The notes: a model not told the origin generated them from the sequence alone. Positions 1 to 10,224 are shown, counted from the stretch's first letter. The stretch is DNA of 64,000 nt from an uncultured virus (IMG/VR IMGVR_UViG_3300046530_000052) (IMGVR_UViG_3300046530_000052:1-64000), one strand, 5' to 3'. Numbers and translations are program-made.

Positions 1-240
1 ATCACCCCGCCAGCATTCACGATCTGATCGATCATGGTCAGGTAGGTAGCTTGGTCTACTGCCACCGGCGCAAAGACTTGCTGGAAGATGTTTACGCCCA
101 ACCCCTGCATCTCACCCACTGTCCGCATTGCTTCGACAGTATAGGAGGCCATGGGATTGATCACTCGATCAAACGGCGCTAGTGCTTCGAACCGTCCCGT
201 TACCTTGAGGGAGGGGATGATGGTATTCTCAGCCATAGGG

Positions 241-1584
241 TTACTCCGCTACGATTCCGTCTTGAATCAATTGGTATTTGGTGAAGGCCACGTACTTGAC
301 CCGGTTGATACGTTTGGTTACACACAGTTTACCCAAACGCTCGACACGTTGAACACCCGGCGGGAGCAGCGAGATAGGAGTTACGATCTCAGCAGCAGCC
401 ATCAGTTCGTCCATGCCGTATGCAAAGTCCATGGACTCCTGAGACATGGTTCCGAACTCAGGTTCTTTGGACGCGATCAACTGGTAATCTTTGACGATAG
501 CGTAGATCTTCTTCATTCCGTCCCGGTTGTTAACCTTAGCAACAAACAATGCTTGCAAAGATTTGTACATCAGTGGAACGGTCTGGGCGGATTTTATGAG
601 ATGGTCCGCTGGCATAGTAGGACCAAGGTACGCAGTTGCAATGTCCATCATGGTTTCACGATCGACAATTGGCGAGTACGTACTGGATCCATTGGTACGG
701 TTCACGACACCAATACGGCCAAACTCTGGGAGGACGTAGAACTCCAACGGGTTGAAGAGATCTGGGATCTTTTCTTCCCAACGAGAGAGAGGGTATTGAC
801 TATCCTTCAGAATCTCGTTACGGATCTGTTCAAACAACTGGTCTTCTGCGTCTTCACCATTACCCCAGTGCCAGATAACCCAAGTACCAACGTTGAACTT
901 ACCCAGGTTGATCAAATCCATGATCTGGAATTCGATAGGGTTACGCTCGGTACCCGGCCACTCATAACCATTCGTTGCAAGCGATTCCCGCTTAGCCACG
1001 ACCACAGGCGTTTCCAAAGCCAACCGCGTTGCGATGTCCTGGTAGTTGGCATTCATCAACCAATCCATTTCCCCCAGAGGAAGCGGATGAATGACGGTAA
1101 ACTTAACATTTGGGTATTGCAGACGAAAATAAGCGTCAGCCATCCACATGTAGAACGGTTGTTGTTCCGATCCAACAATATGGTACCCTTTAACAAAGCT
1201 CGGTAACCAGATGGCGTTGTTAGTTGCCATCTCACCAATATCTTCAATGACGATGTTGGTGGTGAACTGGGTCTTAAGGATTTGCAGACAGTTGGGACGA
1301 CTGGAAGTTACATTACCAGCCAACGCTTGCGCATAGAGCCAGTTGGCGATACCAATTTGTACCTCAGCAATTTCCTGAGGCATCTTGATGTCTTCGCCGT
1401 CTTGTGTCGACAAGAAGTTGACAAGGGAAGCAGCACTTGCTACGTTAACAGCCAGAGAGAACTTCCCTGGGTCTTTAGCGTAACTTAGTGCTTTGCCGCT
1501 CAGCTCACCAATGGCTGAAACGGTATTTGCTGTGTTGTTGTACAGTTTGGTGATAGTAGCAAACGACAGATAGGACGTGCTCAT
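241..1584 (-). CDS. Conserved jumbo-phage protein, probably virion structural (447 aa)
   Basis: Long ORF with phage-like codon usage and a GAGAG RBS-like sequence upstream; lies in the conserved core; no diagnostic motif recognised. Confidence 0.6.
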   Translation of the reverse strand: MSTSYLSFATITKLYNNTANTVSAIGELSGKALSYAKDPGKFSLAVNVASAASLVNFLSTQDGEDIKMPQEIAEVQIGIANWLYAQALAGNVTSSRPNCLQILKTQFTTNIVIEDIGEMATNNAIWLPSFVKGYHIVGSEQQPFYMWMADAYFRLQYPNVKFTVIHPLPLGEMDWLMNANYQDIATRLALETPVVVAKRESLATNGYEWPGTERNPIEFQIMDLINLGKFNVGTWVIWHWGNGEDAEDQLFEQIRNEILKDSQYPLSRWEEKIPDLFNPLEFYVLPEFGRIGVVNRTNGSSTYSPIVDRETMMDIATAYLGPTMPADHLIKSAQTVPLMYKSLQALFVAKVNNRDGMKKIYAIVKDYQLIASKEPEFGTMSQESMDFAYGMDELMAAAEIVTPISLLPPGVQRVERLGKLCVTKRINRVKYVAFTKYQLIQDGIVAE

Positions 1585-1622
1585 ATTAAAAAACTCTCAC
1601 CGTGAAGTAAGGAAAAAGACCA

Positions 1623-2072
1623 ATGACGCTCGGTATAGCGAAGGAGATGGCCGACAGACTCATAGAATTCATAATAAAAATGTTTCAGGGAGAGTCTGTT
1701 GAAGATCAGTTAACGAAAGCAATTAAAGGCATTGGCCTAGTCTTGGCAGTGTCGTTATTTGTTAACTTTTCAATGTTCTTGGCTAACCTCAATCTGCGGA
1801 TGGAACTGGACGCAACGCAGGGAAGCCTTGCTAAGGTTGGCGTGCTATTCGACGGAGGGGAAAGTTCTGCACTCAGTTCGTTCGTTCGGGTTAATAACCA
1901 GACGGGGAGTCAGATAGCACTTATACAAGAACAGAACAATTGGCTAGGGCGCTATGCAATTTCGTTGACGGTAGAGAACCTGTATCTCAAACGCTCTATT
2001 GTGGTTTTGGCAGCCACTAACCGTCGGATCATAACGAATAACAACATGCTTTTACAGATGTGTCAGCCTTAA
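1623..2072 (+). CDS. Putative membrane-anchored protein (149 aa)
   Basis: AAGGA RBS; hydrophobic segment IGLVLAVSLFVNFSMFLANL followed by a helical region. Confidence 0.6.
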   Translation: MTLGIAKEMADRLIEFIIKMFQGESVEDQLTKAIKGIGLVLAVSLFVNFSMFLANLNLRMELDATQGSLAKVGVLFDGGESSALSSFVRVNNQTGSQIALIQEQNNWLGRYAISLTVENLYLKRSIVVLAATNRRIITNNNMLLQMCQP

Positions 2073-2130
2073 CATTTATCTACTGGGAGGTGCATTGTAG
2101 GAATGCACCAACCTTAGAAGAGACCTTCAA

Positions 2131-3633
2131 ATGGAAGAGATTGTACCGACCATTAACTTGGTCATGTATTTCATGTTGGACTCGATCAAACAGAAGTCCA
2201 TCCACCATTTCTTCGGGGCTCACGGTTATACGTACGATGTAACCGAGACGGGGAAGAAGAAACTGGTTAAAGATGTCCCGACGTCTTCGGGGTATTACAC
2301 CAACAACGTACAGAAAGCTAATACGGTGGTGGTGGTCAAGGATATCGTCTCTCTAGAGATCACTGACAAACGCACTAAAACAGAAGCGCTATTGCAAGGT
2401 TTCTTAACGACCCTGGATCTGTTCAAGACACGTCCAGAGATGAAGAACCTGTGTGTCATAACGGTTCAGAAAGAATTGGGAACGATCGGTCGTTATAAAG
2501 AAACCGATCTGAAGAACAAAGAAGACTTGAAGTTTGGCGGTGAGGTCGTTAGCAATAAAGAACGTGAGTTGCTGACTGATATCTTCCACACGTTGGAATG
2601 GTTCAAGGATACCGGCAGATCGGTTGTCTTTGACTTCACTGGTATGGCTGAAGGCGGTGCAGGTGTTCGTGAGTGTCAGAAACGTCTGGACTTGGCTCAG
2701 GTTATTACAGTTTGGGACTTCGAGTCGAAGGATGAGTTGGTTATCGTCCCTCGTAAGGAGTACGAAGACCCTGAGGTACACTTTAACAAGTTGGTCGATG
2801 CTACCCGTTGGTATTGCAGCAGCGGTGAAGGTAGCACGTTCTACGAGCTCCACGAAGGTTACCGCGTTTATGATTTCGGCAAGGTAGAACCGGACAAGAA
2901 CTACTACGGTAAGTTGACTCCGGACGTTACCTTCGCCAAGTTGTTCACCAAGAAGCCGTTGGAGCTGCTGGACAAGCTGTACGAGTTCTGTAACAAACGT
3001 ATCGAGAACAAAGACGGTTATCTGCTGGCTGGTGATCTTAACAACATCGTCAGTAAAGACTTGGCTCGTTTGATCGATCAAGTTCCCGGCGTTCCTAACA
3101 AGAAAGGCAAAGTCTTCAGCCCGTTCACTAAGCAGAAGAGTAAACCTTTGTTGATGGAGCTGATCAGTCCAGTTCTGATGTCGTATCGTGTCAAAGATTA
3201 TCTGGGTGCCCTGAACATCATCTTCGAAGCTTTCATGAAGAAGGATGAAGAAGGTAAGTCCGGTTACTCGACGTTCTACGACATTACCGACATGATCTAC
3301 GTTAAAGAAGTCAACGGTAAGGGTATTACCAAGCTCAAACTGAACCCTGACTTCAATCAGGATCGTAAGACACTGGTGGTGAAGATTCATCATCCGTCGG
3401 CCAAGAAGCCTGTACCTATCAACCTGTCGGTTGGTTATGATCTTCCGGATCGTAACTCGTTTAACAGCGTGGAGGATCCCAACGTTAAAGTGTGGTGCGT
3501 TACTGACACCCGGAACGAGAAAGGCCTGCGTTACTCGACTGTTGTTGAGACGGAGGAATTCATCTACGTTCACACTTCAGCGGTGGCGAACTTGCGAGTA
3601 CTGACGTTGAACGAATTAGGTAAAGACGCGTAA
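2131..3633 (+). CDS. RNase H-like protein of the phiKZ family, apparently divergent (500 aa)
   Basis: GAHGYTY motif near the N-terminus, size, and position next to UvsX resemble phiKZ-type RNase H; canonical acidic catalytic motifs are not evident. Confidence 0.5.
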   Translation: MEEIVPTINLVMYFMLDSIKQKSIHHFFGAHGYTYDVTETGKKKLVKDVPTSSGYYTNNVQKANTVVVVKDIVSLEITDKRTKTEALLQGFLTTLDLFKTRPEMKNLCVITVQKELGTIGRYKETDLKNKEDLKFGGEVVSNKERELLTDIFHTLEWFKDTGRSVVFDFTGMAEGGAGVRECQKRLDLAQVITVWDFESKDELVIVPRKEYEDPEVHFNKLVDATRWYCSSGEGSTFYELHEGYRVYDFGKVEPDKNYYGKLTPDVTFAKLFTKKPLELLDKLYEFCNKRIENKDGYLLAGDLNNIVSKDLARLIDQVPGVPNKKGKVFSPFTKQKSKPLLMELISPVLMSYRVKDYLGALNIIFEAFMKKDEEGKSGYSTFYDITDMIYVKEVNGKGITKLKLNPDFNQDRKTLVVKIHHPSAKKPVPINLSVGYDLPDRNSFNSVEDPNVKVWCVTDTRNEKGLRYSTVVETEEFIYVHTSAVANLRVLTLNELGKDA

Positions 3634-3645
3634 ACACGCTATAGC

Positions 3646-3673
3646 CCCTACCGGCCCCACAAGGCCGGTAGGG
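3646..3673. terminator. Bidirectional hairpin terminator between convergent genes
   Basis: CCCTACCGGCC-ccacaa-GGCCGGTAGGG, 11-bp perfect stem. Confidence 0.8.
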
Positions 3674-3686
3674 TGCTTGATGCGCT

Positions 3687-4556
3687 TTAGCCTTTCAGTG
3701 CTACCACTTCTTTGATCTGCTCACGGAAAACAGCGCTCAGCTCGTTAAGGAGGGTCATCATAGCGCCACTGATGTCTACCAGACGAACAAAGTTGTTAAT
3801 AGTGAGTTCCAGGTCAGTCAACACACTACGCTCGAAGGTCAGCTGGTTCGACTTGATCTTCTCGATCAGGAGTTCACCCAAGTGATACGTCTTGGTCAGT
3901 TCACTGGCTACGATCTCGATGTCGCGAGCGCTGAGGGTCTTGAGGGACGTGTTGTACGTGTCCATCACTTCCATCATCTCGTTGAAGTTGACGTACACCT
4001 CGGACAGCGGAACCTTGTTACGACGTTGTTCATCCGGCAACGACTTGACGAACGTGTCGGCATTAAGGATGGATTCGTCGAGGTTGTTGATGGTCCACTT
4101 GAAACGCTTGTCGCTACGACCGGTCTTGATCATCTGCTTCAAGAAGTCGTAAAGACGAGTGGTTTCAGTACGCAGAGAGCCCAGCAGGTAAACCCCCTCA
4201 ACTGCACCTTTAACGTGGGCCATCATATTGGCGATGCCCGGGGTGTAGTTGGTAGGGACCGTGATAGGGACGGCGCTGTGACGCACGAAGCTGATTTCTT
4301 TTCGTGCAACCATATTACGCAATTTATTGTTGTCTACCACGTGGACAGGACGGGAGAAGAGAGCAACCTTCTTGTCAACCATGGTACCGAATTCGGAAAA
4401 GAACAGGCCGATGCCCTCACCCAAACTCAAGGATTCAATCCCTGCGATCTCCAGGGGTTCGTAGTTCTTGACCGCATCAATGAACTTAAGCTCTTCCAGT
4501 TCTTTCTGGAAGACAGTGTACTGACTCTCGAAACTGGTGTCGTCAATATTTTCCAT
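3687..4556 (-). CDS. Probable virion head protein with acidic propeptide
   Basis: ORF (alternative start 4607); acidic N-terminus ending in AGIE/S, like prohead-protease-processed head proteins; divergent from uvsX. Confidence 0.55.
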   Translation of the reverse strand: MENIDDTSFESQYTVFQKELEELKFIDAVKNYEPLEIAGIESLSLGEGIGLFFSEFGTMVDKKVALFSRPVHVVDNNKLRNMVARKEISFVRHSAVPITVPTNYTPGIANMMAHVKGAVEGVYLLGSLRTETTRLYDFLKQMIKTGRSDKRFKWTINNLDESILNADTFVKSLPDEQRRNKVPLSEVYVNFNEMMEVMDTYNTSLKTLSARDIEIVASELTKTYHLGELLIEKIKSNQLTFERSVLTDLELTINNFVRLVDISGAMMTLLNELSAVFREQIKEVVALKG

Positions 4557-4645
4557 AACTGTAGCTCTTATCAGTATAGTTGGGGAAGTGTGATTTAGAG
4601 TATCCACCTCATTAATTTCATAAAATGACCGGGATTTATTAGAAC

Positions 4646-6115
4646 ATGGCGAGTCCTCTCAAGTTCATTTCAACACTTGAATCCTCCAGCACCATTACGC
4701 TGGACCTTCCGTTTTCACCAGTATTCGATATGCTGAACACGGAAATCGTTTACGGGATCCACGGGGAAGCTCTTAACAACGGCGGGATCCCTCGTAACGA
4801 AGCTGTAACCGGTGGTAACAACACACAGAAAACTGGGGTGTGTGTTCTTTCTATCGCTCGCGTTCTGTACCGGGTCGATGGCAGTATCGCAATCGTTAAC
4901 GACATCGAGGATAACTTTAAGGTTAGCAGGCTAGCCGATGCAGTTGACAAGGAATTCGGTATTCCTGGTTACTTCGAAGAACACATCAACGGGAAACGCT
5001 TCTTCTACTTCTCGAAGAGCGATATCAAGAATCCGTGCGACGGTAACTTTGTTAAAGCTAAGTTCCGCGAGATCAATGCTGCTGTTCGTGAGCAGTTGGC
5101 AGCAGGTGAAGACATCTTCGTCAAGACTCCTGTTGTCGATGAAAAGAAACAACCGATCAAGATTATTGTTCCGATTCTTATTGTCACTGACTCCATCTCT
5201 GAAATGCACTTCGGGAAGATCTCCCAACACTTCCAGGAAGGCGATGTAGACGAAGGCGGCGAGAAGCGTACTCGTGACCTGTCCATCGGTAACGCCCGCC
5301 GTATCGTGCACGAGGACGCCGACGTTCTGGGTTCGGTTTGTGGTATCTACCAAATCTGGGTAGCTCAGATCACCGAGAAGATCAACCTGACTGGTCGTCC
5401 GGAAGAGAAAGAGTCAGTGTTCATCCGTCCTGGTCGTAAACTGAAGGGTCCTCGCTCGCTGCTGCGTATCCCCCAGATCGCTCACGAGATCATTAAAGGT
5501 AGTCTGCTCAAAGAAGGCAACGAGTGGCTCTACCCGAATCCGTTCGGTCGTGATGTGGAACTGAACTCGGATTCGAAAGAAGTACCGGATCTGATGCACT
5601 ACGCTAACCAGCCGTATCGTAACAAAGCTGGCATGTCCGGGATCATGTCGTTCTTCATCGGCAGTCAGTCCATGGGGATCCAGGAAGGCCTGACCATGTA
5701 CCACGCCTTGAAGTCGTCGAAGTACTTCGGTTTGGACGGCAGCAAGATCAGCCACTGGTCCACTCTTTATCCTGAGTGCAAAGTGGGTCGTACCACTGTA
5801 TGGGCGAAGACTTTGGAAGACCCTAAGTTCGTTCGCGCCCTGACCATTATCTACCACCTGTGGTTTATGCGGACCTTCTGGTTTAAGTTGCCGTTGCACT
5901 ATCGTCTGACCCCTCAGGAATTGTACGACAAGATTAAAGCACGTGGATTGGACTGGAACGACATCCTCGAGAACACCGTGGACTACTGGTTTACCAACCC
6001 ATCGATCAAGAAACACACAGTCACCACCTTTGAACTGGTGCGCATCGCCTTGGGCGAACGGGATCCTTACTGGATCAAAGACTACAAAGATCCGGCTAAG
6101 AAAGCAGACAAATAA
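4646..6115 (+). CDS. uvsX: UvsX/RecA-like recombinase (489 aa)
   Basis: Walker A-like VTGGNNTQKT, Walker B ILIVTDSISE; size and context match phiKZ-family UvsX. Confidence 0.8.
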   Translation: MASPLKFISTLESSSTITLDLPFSPVFDMLNTEIVYGIHGEALNNGGIPRNEAVTGGNNTQKTGVCVLSIARVLYRVDGSIAIVNDIEDNFKVSRLADAVDKEFGIPGYFEEHINGKRFFYFSKSDIKNPCDGNFVKAKFREINAAVREQLAAGEDIFVKTPVVDEKKQPIKIIVPILIVTDSISEMHFGKISQHFQEGDVDEGGEKRTRDLSIGNARRIVHEDADVLGSVCGIYQIWVAQITEKINLTGRPEEKESVFIRPGRKLKGPRSLLRIPQIAHEIIKGSLLKEGNEWLYPNPFGRDVELNSDSKEVPDLMHYANQPYRNKAGMSGIMSFFIGSQSMGIQEGLTMYHALKSSKYFGLDGSKISHWSTLYPECKVGRTTVWAKTLEDPKFVRALTIIYHLWFMRTFWFKLPLHYRLTPQELYDKIKARGLDWNDILENTVDYWFTNPSIKKHTVTTFELVRIALGERDPYWIKDYKDPAKKADK

Positions 6116-6178
6116 ACTTTATTTAGAGGAAGGGTGACGGAGGTTGCCCTTACCTTTAGCTTTATAAGGAATGTGGAC

Positions 6179-6580
6179 ATGATGGACCCCGCCGAGCAAC
6201 GTATCAACATCCTGGTGGTTGTAGAAAGTAATTTTGTTAACCTGTGTGAAAAGCCACAGGACTACATCAACAATTTCAAAGACAAAGTTTCTGCTAAGAA
6301 CGACAATAAAGCGTCGCTCTTCACGGTGTCCGGTAAGTACGGTCTGACCAACGTTGATAGTACCATTCCTGCTATTGAAGTCATGGACAAGAACAAAACG
6401 ATGTTCCGCCAGATGCTGGAGAACTCGTCGACTATGTTTGACGCGGTAGTCGTCATTACTTCTGTTCCTAACGATCCGTATATCGAATCGGCGCGTGAAG
6501 TAGCGACCAACACCAACAAGACCTTCACCCAGTACGGTTACCCAAGGAAAGAGAAAAATGGCCAATCGCAAAGCTTTTGA
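6179..6580 (+). CDS. Hypothetical protein
   Basis: ORF with AAGGA RBS upstream of ATG 6179; the upstream GTG at 6134 lies inside a hairpin. Confidence 0.65.
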   Translation: MMDPAEQRINILVVVESNFVNLCEKPQDYINNFKDKVSAKNDNKASLFTVSGKYGLTNVDSTIPAIEVMDKNKTMFRQMLENSSTMFDAVVVITSVPNDPYIESAREVATNTNKTFTQYGYPRKEKNGQSQSF

Positions 6581-7238
6581 GAAGCTGGTGCTGGACCGGA
6601 TGGCTCGGGTTACTGACGGTGGCGGTAACAAAGTCATTTACGAGCGCATCTTTAAAGAAGCGTCGAACGAAGACATCGAATCGATGGTGCAGTTCCTTGA
6701 GCGGGGTAACTCCCTACCTATCTGGTCTCCGGGTGGTATCAAGAAAGAAGAATTGCGTTACGAAAACCTGATGGCGCTGTGTGAACTCGACAAGGTCAAG
6801 ATCATGCAGCGGGTGATCTCGTACGACGAAGACACCAACATCATGTCGATGTCTCCCAACGAGGCTATCGTCGGCCGGTCTGAACTCCGGGCTCAGCGTC
6901 AGTTCTGGGCCAAGAAGTTCAACGCAGCGAAGAACGACTACAAGATCGACGACCTCACTGGTCAGGTTTCGATGGAGAGTCGTGCTACGGGCATCAGTAT
7001 GCCGGAGATCACAGTACTCCGGGGTCTGGGTCTACCCACCATGGCGAACGAGCTGTACAACGTCAAGGGTGGCGACCCAGACGCACTGAAGGCTTACAAG
7101 AACGACCTACTGACTACCGGCAAGACCACAACGGATGGCAGCCTCCGTAAAGGTTCCGGTACCAAGGTACTGAGCACTGTTCACTTCCTGCTCCGCGGTC
7201 GTTTGATCGACAACAATATTCACAGTAAGGCTGCCTGA
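6558..7238 (+). CDS. Virion RNA polymerase beta subunit, C-terminal part (phiKZ gp149-like)
   Basis: IDDLTGQV...SRATGISMPEITVL resembles the C-terminal rpoB motif (lTxQP..G...gEME) as found in split vRNAPs. Confidence 0.75.
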   Translation: MANRKAFEKLVLDRMARVTDGGGNKVIYERIFKEASNEDIESMVQFLERGNSLPIWSPGGIKKEELRYENLMALCELDKVKIMQRVISYDEDTNIMSMSPNEAIVGRSELRAQRQFWAKKFNAAKNDYKIDDLTGQVSMESRATGISMPEITVLRGLGLPTMANELYNVKGGDPDALKAYKNDLLTTGKTTTDGSLRKGSGTKVLSTVHFLLRGRLIDNNIHSKAA

Positions 7239-7239
7239 T

Positions 7240-7722
7240 ATGTCAACGGTGAAAATGGAAAACCTGCGGGACCTGAAGGACGTCATCACGGTGGTTTATG
7301 CCAGGATGATTACTGAGAACCCGATGCGCAGTGATCTGGCCTCTTACTTGGTGGACATGACCAAGAAGTCGTTGCTGACCTTTACCAGCGGCTACGTTGA
7401 TTTCGAGAAGCTTATTGGCGGGGAAACCGACCTTTACGCTCACTGGATGAACACCCAGCTTCAAGTCATGACCCTGCTGGATGGTGATGATGCGCTGCTG
7501 GTGCGTCACACTCGAACGGTGTACGAGACCTTGCTAGGAACCACTGGTGGTCCTGCGGCTGACGTGTTCCCTAAAGACTTTGATTATGCCAAAAAGAGAG
7601 AGCTTCCTAACCCTTCTCGAAGTGTGATGATTGCTTTGGCTTTCCGGGTCTTTCTGGATAACATCGAGATTGTCGCCGCTCCTCCAGGGACTCCGAATCC
7701 TCCACCTCAACCTAAGGCCTGA
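7240..7722 (+). CDS. Hypothetical protein (160 aa)
   Basis: ORF tightly packed in the operon. Confidence 0.7.
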   Translation: MSTVKMENLRDLKDVITVVYARMITENPMRSDLASYLVDMTKKSLLTFTSGYVDFEKLIGGETDLYAHWMNTQLQVMTLLDGDDALLVRHTRTVYETLLGTTGGPAADVFPKDFDYAKKRELPNPSRSVMIALAFRVFLDNIEIVAAPPGTPNPPPQPKA

Positions 7723-7724
7723 AC

Positions 7725-8501
7725 ATGAACCGTATCATTCAGTGCTATACCGAGGTCGACTCCATCTACGATCCTCGTCGTGGCATTCACCAGAAGTGGT
7801 TGGTTCGTGATCTGATCAACCCTAACGCTGACCAGTTGTCGGATGAAGAGTACGAAGCTTACGTAAAGATGTTGCGTTACGAAGGTGATGCTCGCTGGGA
7901 GAAGTATGTCCAGACCAACTACAAAGAACGGCGGATGGACCGTTTCGAGTACCCGGGGTTAACCTTCGATCGGAAACAGTTCAGTGAGCTGTATAAAGAA
8001 CGAAGCTTGGGTGATTTCAAGTTCGGGTACTACAAGACCAAGTTCACACAGAACTTCTTGAAGACCCTGATCGATCTAGAGCTGATGACTGAAACGCCGA
8101 ACATGTTCAGCAAGATCGTATTGCACGTCAACATCTACCCTTACGTAATGGATGAAGCCATGCGTCAGGATCTGGTGGACCACCTCCAGTTGCGCTTCGG
8201 GGGTAAGGTCGAGGTCAAGACGATCAACAGTCGCAGTACCAGCCATGATGTGGGGTTCTACAAACAGTTCGATTACGTGCTGAAGTACGACCTGCTGATT
8301 GGTGAAGATAGCAAAACGTTGGCTGAAAGCGTCGGCAGTATTCCAATACCGGGGACTACATTTATTATCCCTGATATTTTAGTTAAAGAGTCCGACGAAT
8401 TTACGGGAGAGATTGCTGATCGCATCTTCTCATCGACGCTGCAATTGGCGCCGGTGTTCAAGCTGATGCCTATCCATCACTCTTTCTACGATTATGCGTA
8501 A
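7725..8501 (+). CDS. Conserved jumbo-phage hypothetical protein (258 aa)
   Basis: ORF tightly packed in the operon and followed by a terminator. Confidence 0.7.
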   Translation: MNRIIQCYTEVDSIYDPRRGIHQKWLVRDLINPNADQLSDEEYEAYVKMLRYEGDARWEKYVQTNYKERRMDRFEYPGLTFDRKQFSELYKERSLGDFKFGYYKTKFTQNFLKTLIDLELMTETPNMFSKIVLHVNIYPYVMDEAMRQDLVDHLQLRFGGKVEVKTINSRSTSHDVGFYKQFDYVLKYDLLIGEDSKTLAESVGSIPIPGTTFIIPDILVKESDEFTGEIADRIFSSTLQLAPVFKLMPIHHSFYDYA

Positions 8502-8510
8502 TGGACTTAC

Positions 8511-8541
8511 TAACCAGGCAGGGGACTCCCCTGCCTGGTTA
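8511..8541. terminator. Bidirectional hairpin terminator
   Basis: TAACCAGGCAGGGG-act-CCCCTGCCTGGTTA, 14-bp stem between convergent ORFs. Confidence 0.8.
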
Positions 8542-8553
8542 TGTTTGCAATCG

Positions 8554-9078
8554 TCAAATTTTGTTGCCATCAAAGTCCAGTTGCTGGATACCTTGATCGA
8601 GCTCGTATTCGTTAATAGGGTTGAAGAAGACCTTATCACCCATGATCGGTTTGCTTGGATCGAGGATGTAATCACCGAAGTCGAACACTGGCATCTTGAT
8701 ACTGCCGTTGTTGATATTGGTGAGGGCTTCCATCATCTGGTTGAAGGTTATCGCGTTGTCTTCCTTCTCTTTCTTCTTAGCTCGTTCTTTACGGTCCTCA
8801 CGGATCGTTCTTTCCAGAGCATCGATGATGGACTTCACGCTACCCAGCAGCTCACCGTTCTTCGGGTTGTCGAGGTAAGCACCCATGGCGTATTCCAACA
8901 GGAAGGCACGGTTCTTCTGAATCATCTTGACCATTTCGGTTTGGTCAATGTCTTCATCGTTCCCGACCATCACTGCACGCAGCTCCTCGATAACGACTTT
9001 CATTTTGTCGGAATCGTAAGGATCTGCCTTCTTTGCTTCTTTTAGCTCTTTTGGTTTGTCGTTCGCAGGACTGTCCAT
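8554..9078 (-). CDS. Hypothetical protein (174 aa)
   Basis: ORF encoding a charged helical protein. Confidence 0.7.
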   Translation of the reverse strand: MDSPANDKPKELKEAKKADPYDSDKMKVVIEELRAVMVGNDEDIDQTEMVKMIQKNRAFLLEYAMGAYLDNPKNGELLGSVKSIIDALERTIREDRKERAKKKEKEDNAITFNQMMEALTNINNGSIKMPVFDFGDYILDPSKPIMGDKVFFNPINEYELDQGIQQLDFDGNKI

Positions 9079-9090
9079 TGGATTATAAAC

Positions 9091-9102
9091 CTATATTACT
9101 TG
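9091..9102 (+). promoter_or_regulatory. Putative phage early promoter (CTATATTACTTG)
   Basis: Matches the repeated CTAYATTACTAG motif and the TATATTAC-type early promoter of phiKZ-like phages; 30 nt upstream of ORF 9132. Confidence 0.6.
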
Positions 9103-9131
9103 GGTAGATTAGGATAAGGAGAGCTTTATCG

Positions 9132-9713
9132 ATGGGCCTAACACGTAAGCAAAAATATGGCATGCTAGGCACACTCCCCTTTGTTGGGAAGTACGTGCGC
9201 ATGCAAGTGGATAAAGCAACACTCAAAGAACTGTTGTTGATCGAAAAGAAGTTTACTTCGTCGACAATAAGGTTTGATACGCTGATTCACGATCTATACG
9301 ATTGCCTCAAGGACCTAGAACGGCCCTTGCTGGTTAATCCGCATAAATTCCATAACTATGGGTGTCTTATCCATACTCGCAGCTCTAAAACGATTGCAAT
9401 CTACTTAGAGCGTATCTATAACAACGAAAATTTAAACATTGATACTTACTTCAGTGTGTACGCTAATTCAAAGCAAGTTGCTTTCTTGGATTGGTTCAGC
9501 ACTGAGGAAAGCGTAGAGCAGTTCGTAGATCAGATGATGGGTCTGCTGGTGTTGTCGTGTATACGGTTCAAGTGTGACGGTTATGAAACTTTGGAAGCAC
9601 CTAAGAGTAACGTAGCACTGGATCAATTGGTATCCAGTCGTTGGCTGAAACTGTTGGTTATGGACCTCATACAGGTTTTGGTCACGGTACTCGAAGAGCG
9701 CATTGGAGGGTAG
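9132..9713 (+). CDS. Hypothetical protein (193 aa)
   Basis: AAGGAG RBS; AT-richer codon usage. Confidence 0.7.
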   Translation: MGLTRKQKYGMLGTLPFVGKYVRMQVDKATLKELLLIEKKFTSSTIRFDTLIHDLYDCLKDLERPLLVNPHKFHNYGCLIHTRSSKTIAIYLERIYNNENLNIDTYFSVYANSKQVAFLDWFSTEESVEQFVDQMMGLLVLSCIRFKCDGYETLEAPKSNVALDQLVSSRWLKLLVMDLIQVLVTVLEERIGG

Positions 9714-10169
9714 ATGGATAAAGGAGAACGCAAGCTTCGGTCAAGAGAGCTGAGCAGCATTTCTCAAAAGTTTATACCCGATGATTTACTTAGAGATACT
9801 CCGGCTATACTTTTCCGAAAGATACTCCGTAAACTGGATATGGACCCACAAAAATGGGTTCGTTACTTAAGAGATTACCTAGATAGGGTTATTGATGAAT
9901 CAGATCCCGCAGAGGCCAAGAAAGATCGCTTGACCAAAACGGGGAACATTAAAGATACCTACTTTCAAAAACCGGGACTGACGTTCAGTAAATTGTTGGA
10001 AGGCCTGACAATTGTACGGATGCGTTCAGTGAAGATCATCATTGAAGTTACAGACGAAGATGGTAATGTGCATGTAGTGGACGACACTGTTCGGCTTTTG
10101 AGTAAAGAGCAGATGAAGAACCCACCGCCCAAAGACCCATCCCCATCCACTGACCCGGGTTCAGATTGA
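9714..10169 (+). CDS. Hypothetical protein (151 aa)
   Basis: GGAGG RBS; abuts the previous stop codon. Confidence 0.7.
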   Translation: MDKGERKLRSRELSSISQKFIPDDLLRDTPAILFRKILRKLDMDPQKWVRYLRDYLDRVIDESDPAEAKKDRLTKTGNIKDTYFQKPGLTFSKLLEGLTIVRMRSVKIIIEVTDEDGNVHVVDDTVRLLSKEQMKNPPPKDPSPSTDPGSD

Positions 10170-10198
10170 TTGAACCTATAGCCCAGAATAGCAATACG

Positions 10199-10224
10199 GA
10201 GTAGCTGGGTATACCCAGCTACTC
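10199..10224 (+). terminator. Intrinsic terminator (26-bp perfect palindrome)
   Basis: GAGTAGCTGGGTA|TACCCAGCTACTC with a T9 run shortly downstream. Confidence 0.75.

Noticed and set aside
1..150. Partial minus-strand gene at the left edge
   Set aside because: Probably coding, but too little sequence to define or name
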